A DNA stretch of 32,204 bases from positions 1 through 32,204 of the forward strand of contig CAYWRN010000011.1 of NCBI GenBank assembly GCA_964461095.1, in the 5' to 3' direction. The DNA is from an uncultured Gammaproteobacteria bacterium. GTDB lineage: Bacteria; Patescibacteriota; Microgenomatia; UBA12405. Every line of letters begins with the position of its first letter. Position 1 is the stretch's first letter. Positions 31,904-32,204 of the stretch are shown piece after piece. The notes below the pieces were generated by a model. The model was not told the origin of the DNA. It searched no databases and was given only the letters and a program-made list of their open reading frames with translations. Both the position numbers and the translations under genes were made by a program.

Positions 31904-32204
31904 GTGAAGAGTTGGAAAAGAACTATCCTTGAGGCGTGTTTAATTTTTATTTTTTTAGTAGTTACCTATACCGGGGAGGTGTTGGCTAACTGTATGTGTG
32001 AATCCAGAACTGATGCCAATGGGAACAGGTCATGTGTATTAGTTGGTAGTAGATGCAATGCTGGTGAAACTCCTACATGTCAATATAATAAAGATGGGGC
32101 GTGTAATCACAACAATTTTCAAGGTGGCACTTGTGTTTGCTTGGCACCTGGTGAACAACAAGCCAGGGGGATTAATGAAGGATTCGATGAATTTTGTGTC
32201 CAAG
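31904..32204 (+). CDS. secreted Cys-rich protein, 5' part (runs off the window)
   Basis: GTG start 6 nt after TGG-TATACT. Signal-like ACLIFIFLVVTY, then 10 Cys in about 70 residues (NCMCES...CVLVGSRCNAGETPTCQYNKDGACNH...CVCLAP...FC). No stop before the window end. Absent from the ORF track. Confidence 0.5.
   Translation, partial: MKSWKRTILEACLIFIFLVVTYTGEVLANCMCESRTDANGNRSCVLVGSRCNAGETPTCQYNKDGACNHNNFQGGTCVCLAPGEQQARGINEGFDEFCVQ

Noticed and set aside
1-32204. Alternative genetic code (UGA or UAA reassignment), considered because of the CPR-like content and the in-frame TAA in valS
   Set aside because: All conserved genes are full length under the standard code. TAA, TAG and TGA all terminate well-defined genes. 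The valS TAA is a single isolated case at a Glu position.
1-32204. CRISPR arrays, integrase, transposase, IS elements or prophage
   Set aside because: No regularly spaced 25-40-nt repeats were seen, and no ORF has recombinase, transposase or phage-structural motifs. The only repeats are the short families reported above.

Overview
Compact, AT-rich, gene-dense bacterial fragment with about 45 protein genes, 3 tRNAs and 1 tmRNA. Both strands are used, with many 4-20 nt overlaps and almost no hairpin terminators. Housekeeping genes present: trpS, valS, bL25, a tsaC-tsaE fusion, tsaD, RNase HI, archaeal-type tpiA, smpB/ssrA. Cell-envelope genes present: L,D-transpeptidase, VanW/G5, SpoIID, a TolB-like propeller. 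These are interleaved with membrane or secreted hypotheticals and small orphan genes of different composition. This mix suggests a reduced Patescibacteria/CPR-like genome, but that is inference; no database search was possible. The standard genetic code fits. No CRISPR array, integrase, transposase or phage genes were recognised. Main observations, strongest first. (1) ssrA lies under an ORF-track 'CDS'. Its acceptor stem has A3-U70 instead of G3.U70, a U73 discriminator, an odd T-loop and a tag frame ending ...VAAC. An orphan YD-repeat gene sits between it and smpB. (2) The valS-tsaC interval holds three tandem copies of the tsaC promoter plus first codons, which bracket reverse-oriented cassettes. 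(3) An extended -10 box ends 5-7 nt before the start codon of about 19 genes, suggesting leaderless mRNAs. (4) GATTTAR-type heptanucleotide arrays follow several stop codons, and one lies in frame inside tsaE. (5) valS carries an in-frame TAA at a conserved Glu codon. (6) A tRNA-Ile(UAU) sits beside two CAU tRNAs. RNA ends and start codons are hand-derived and may be off by a few nt.
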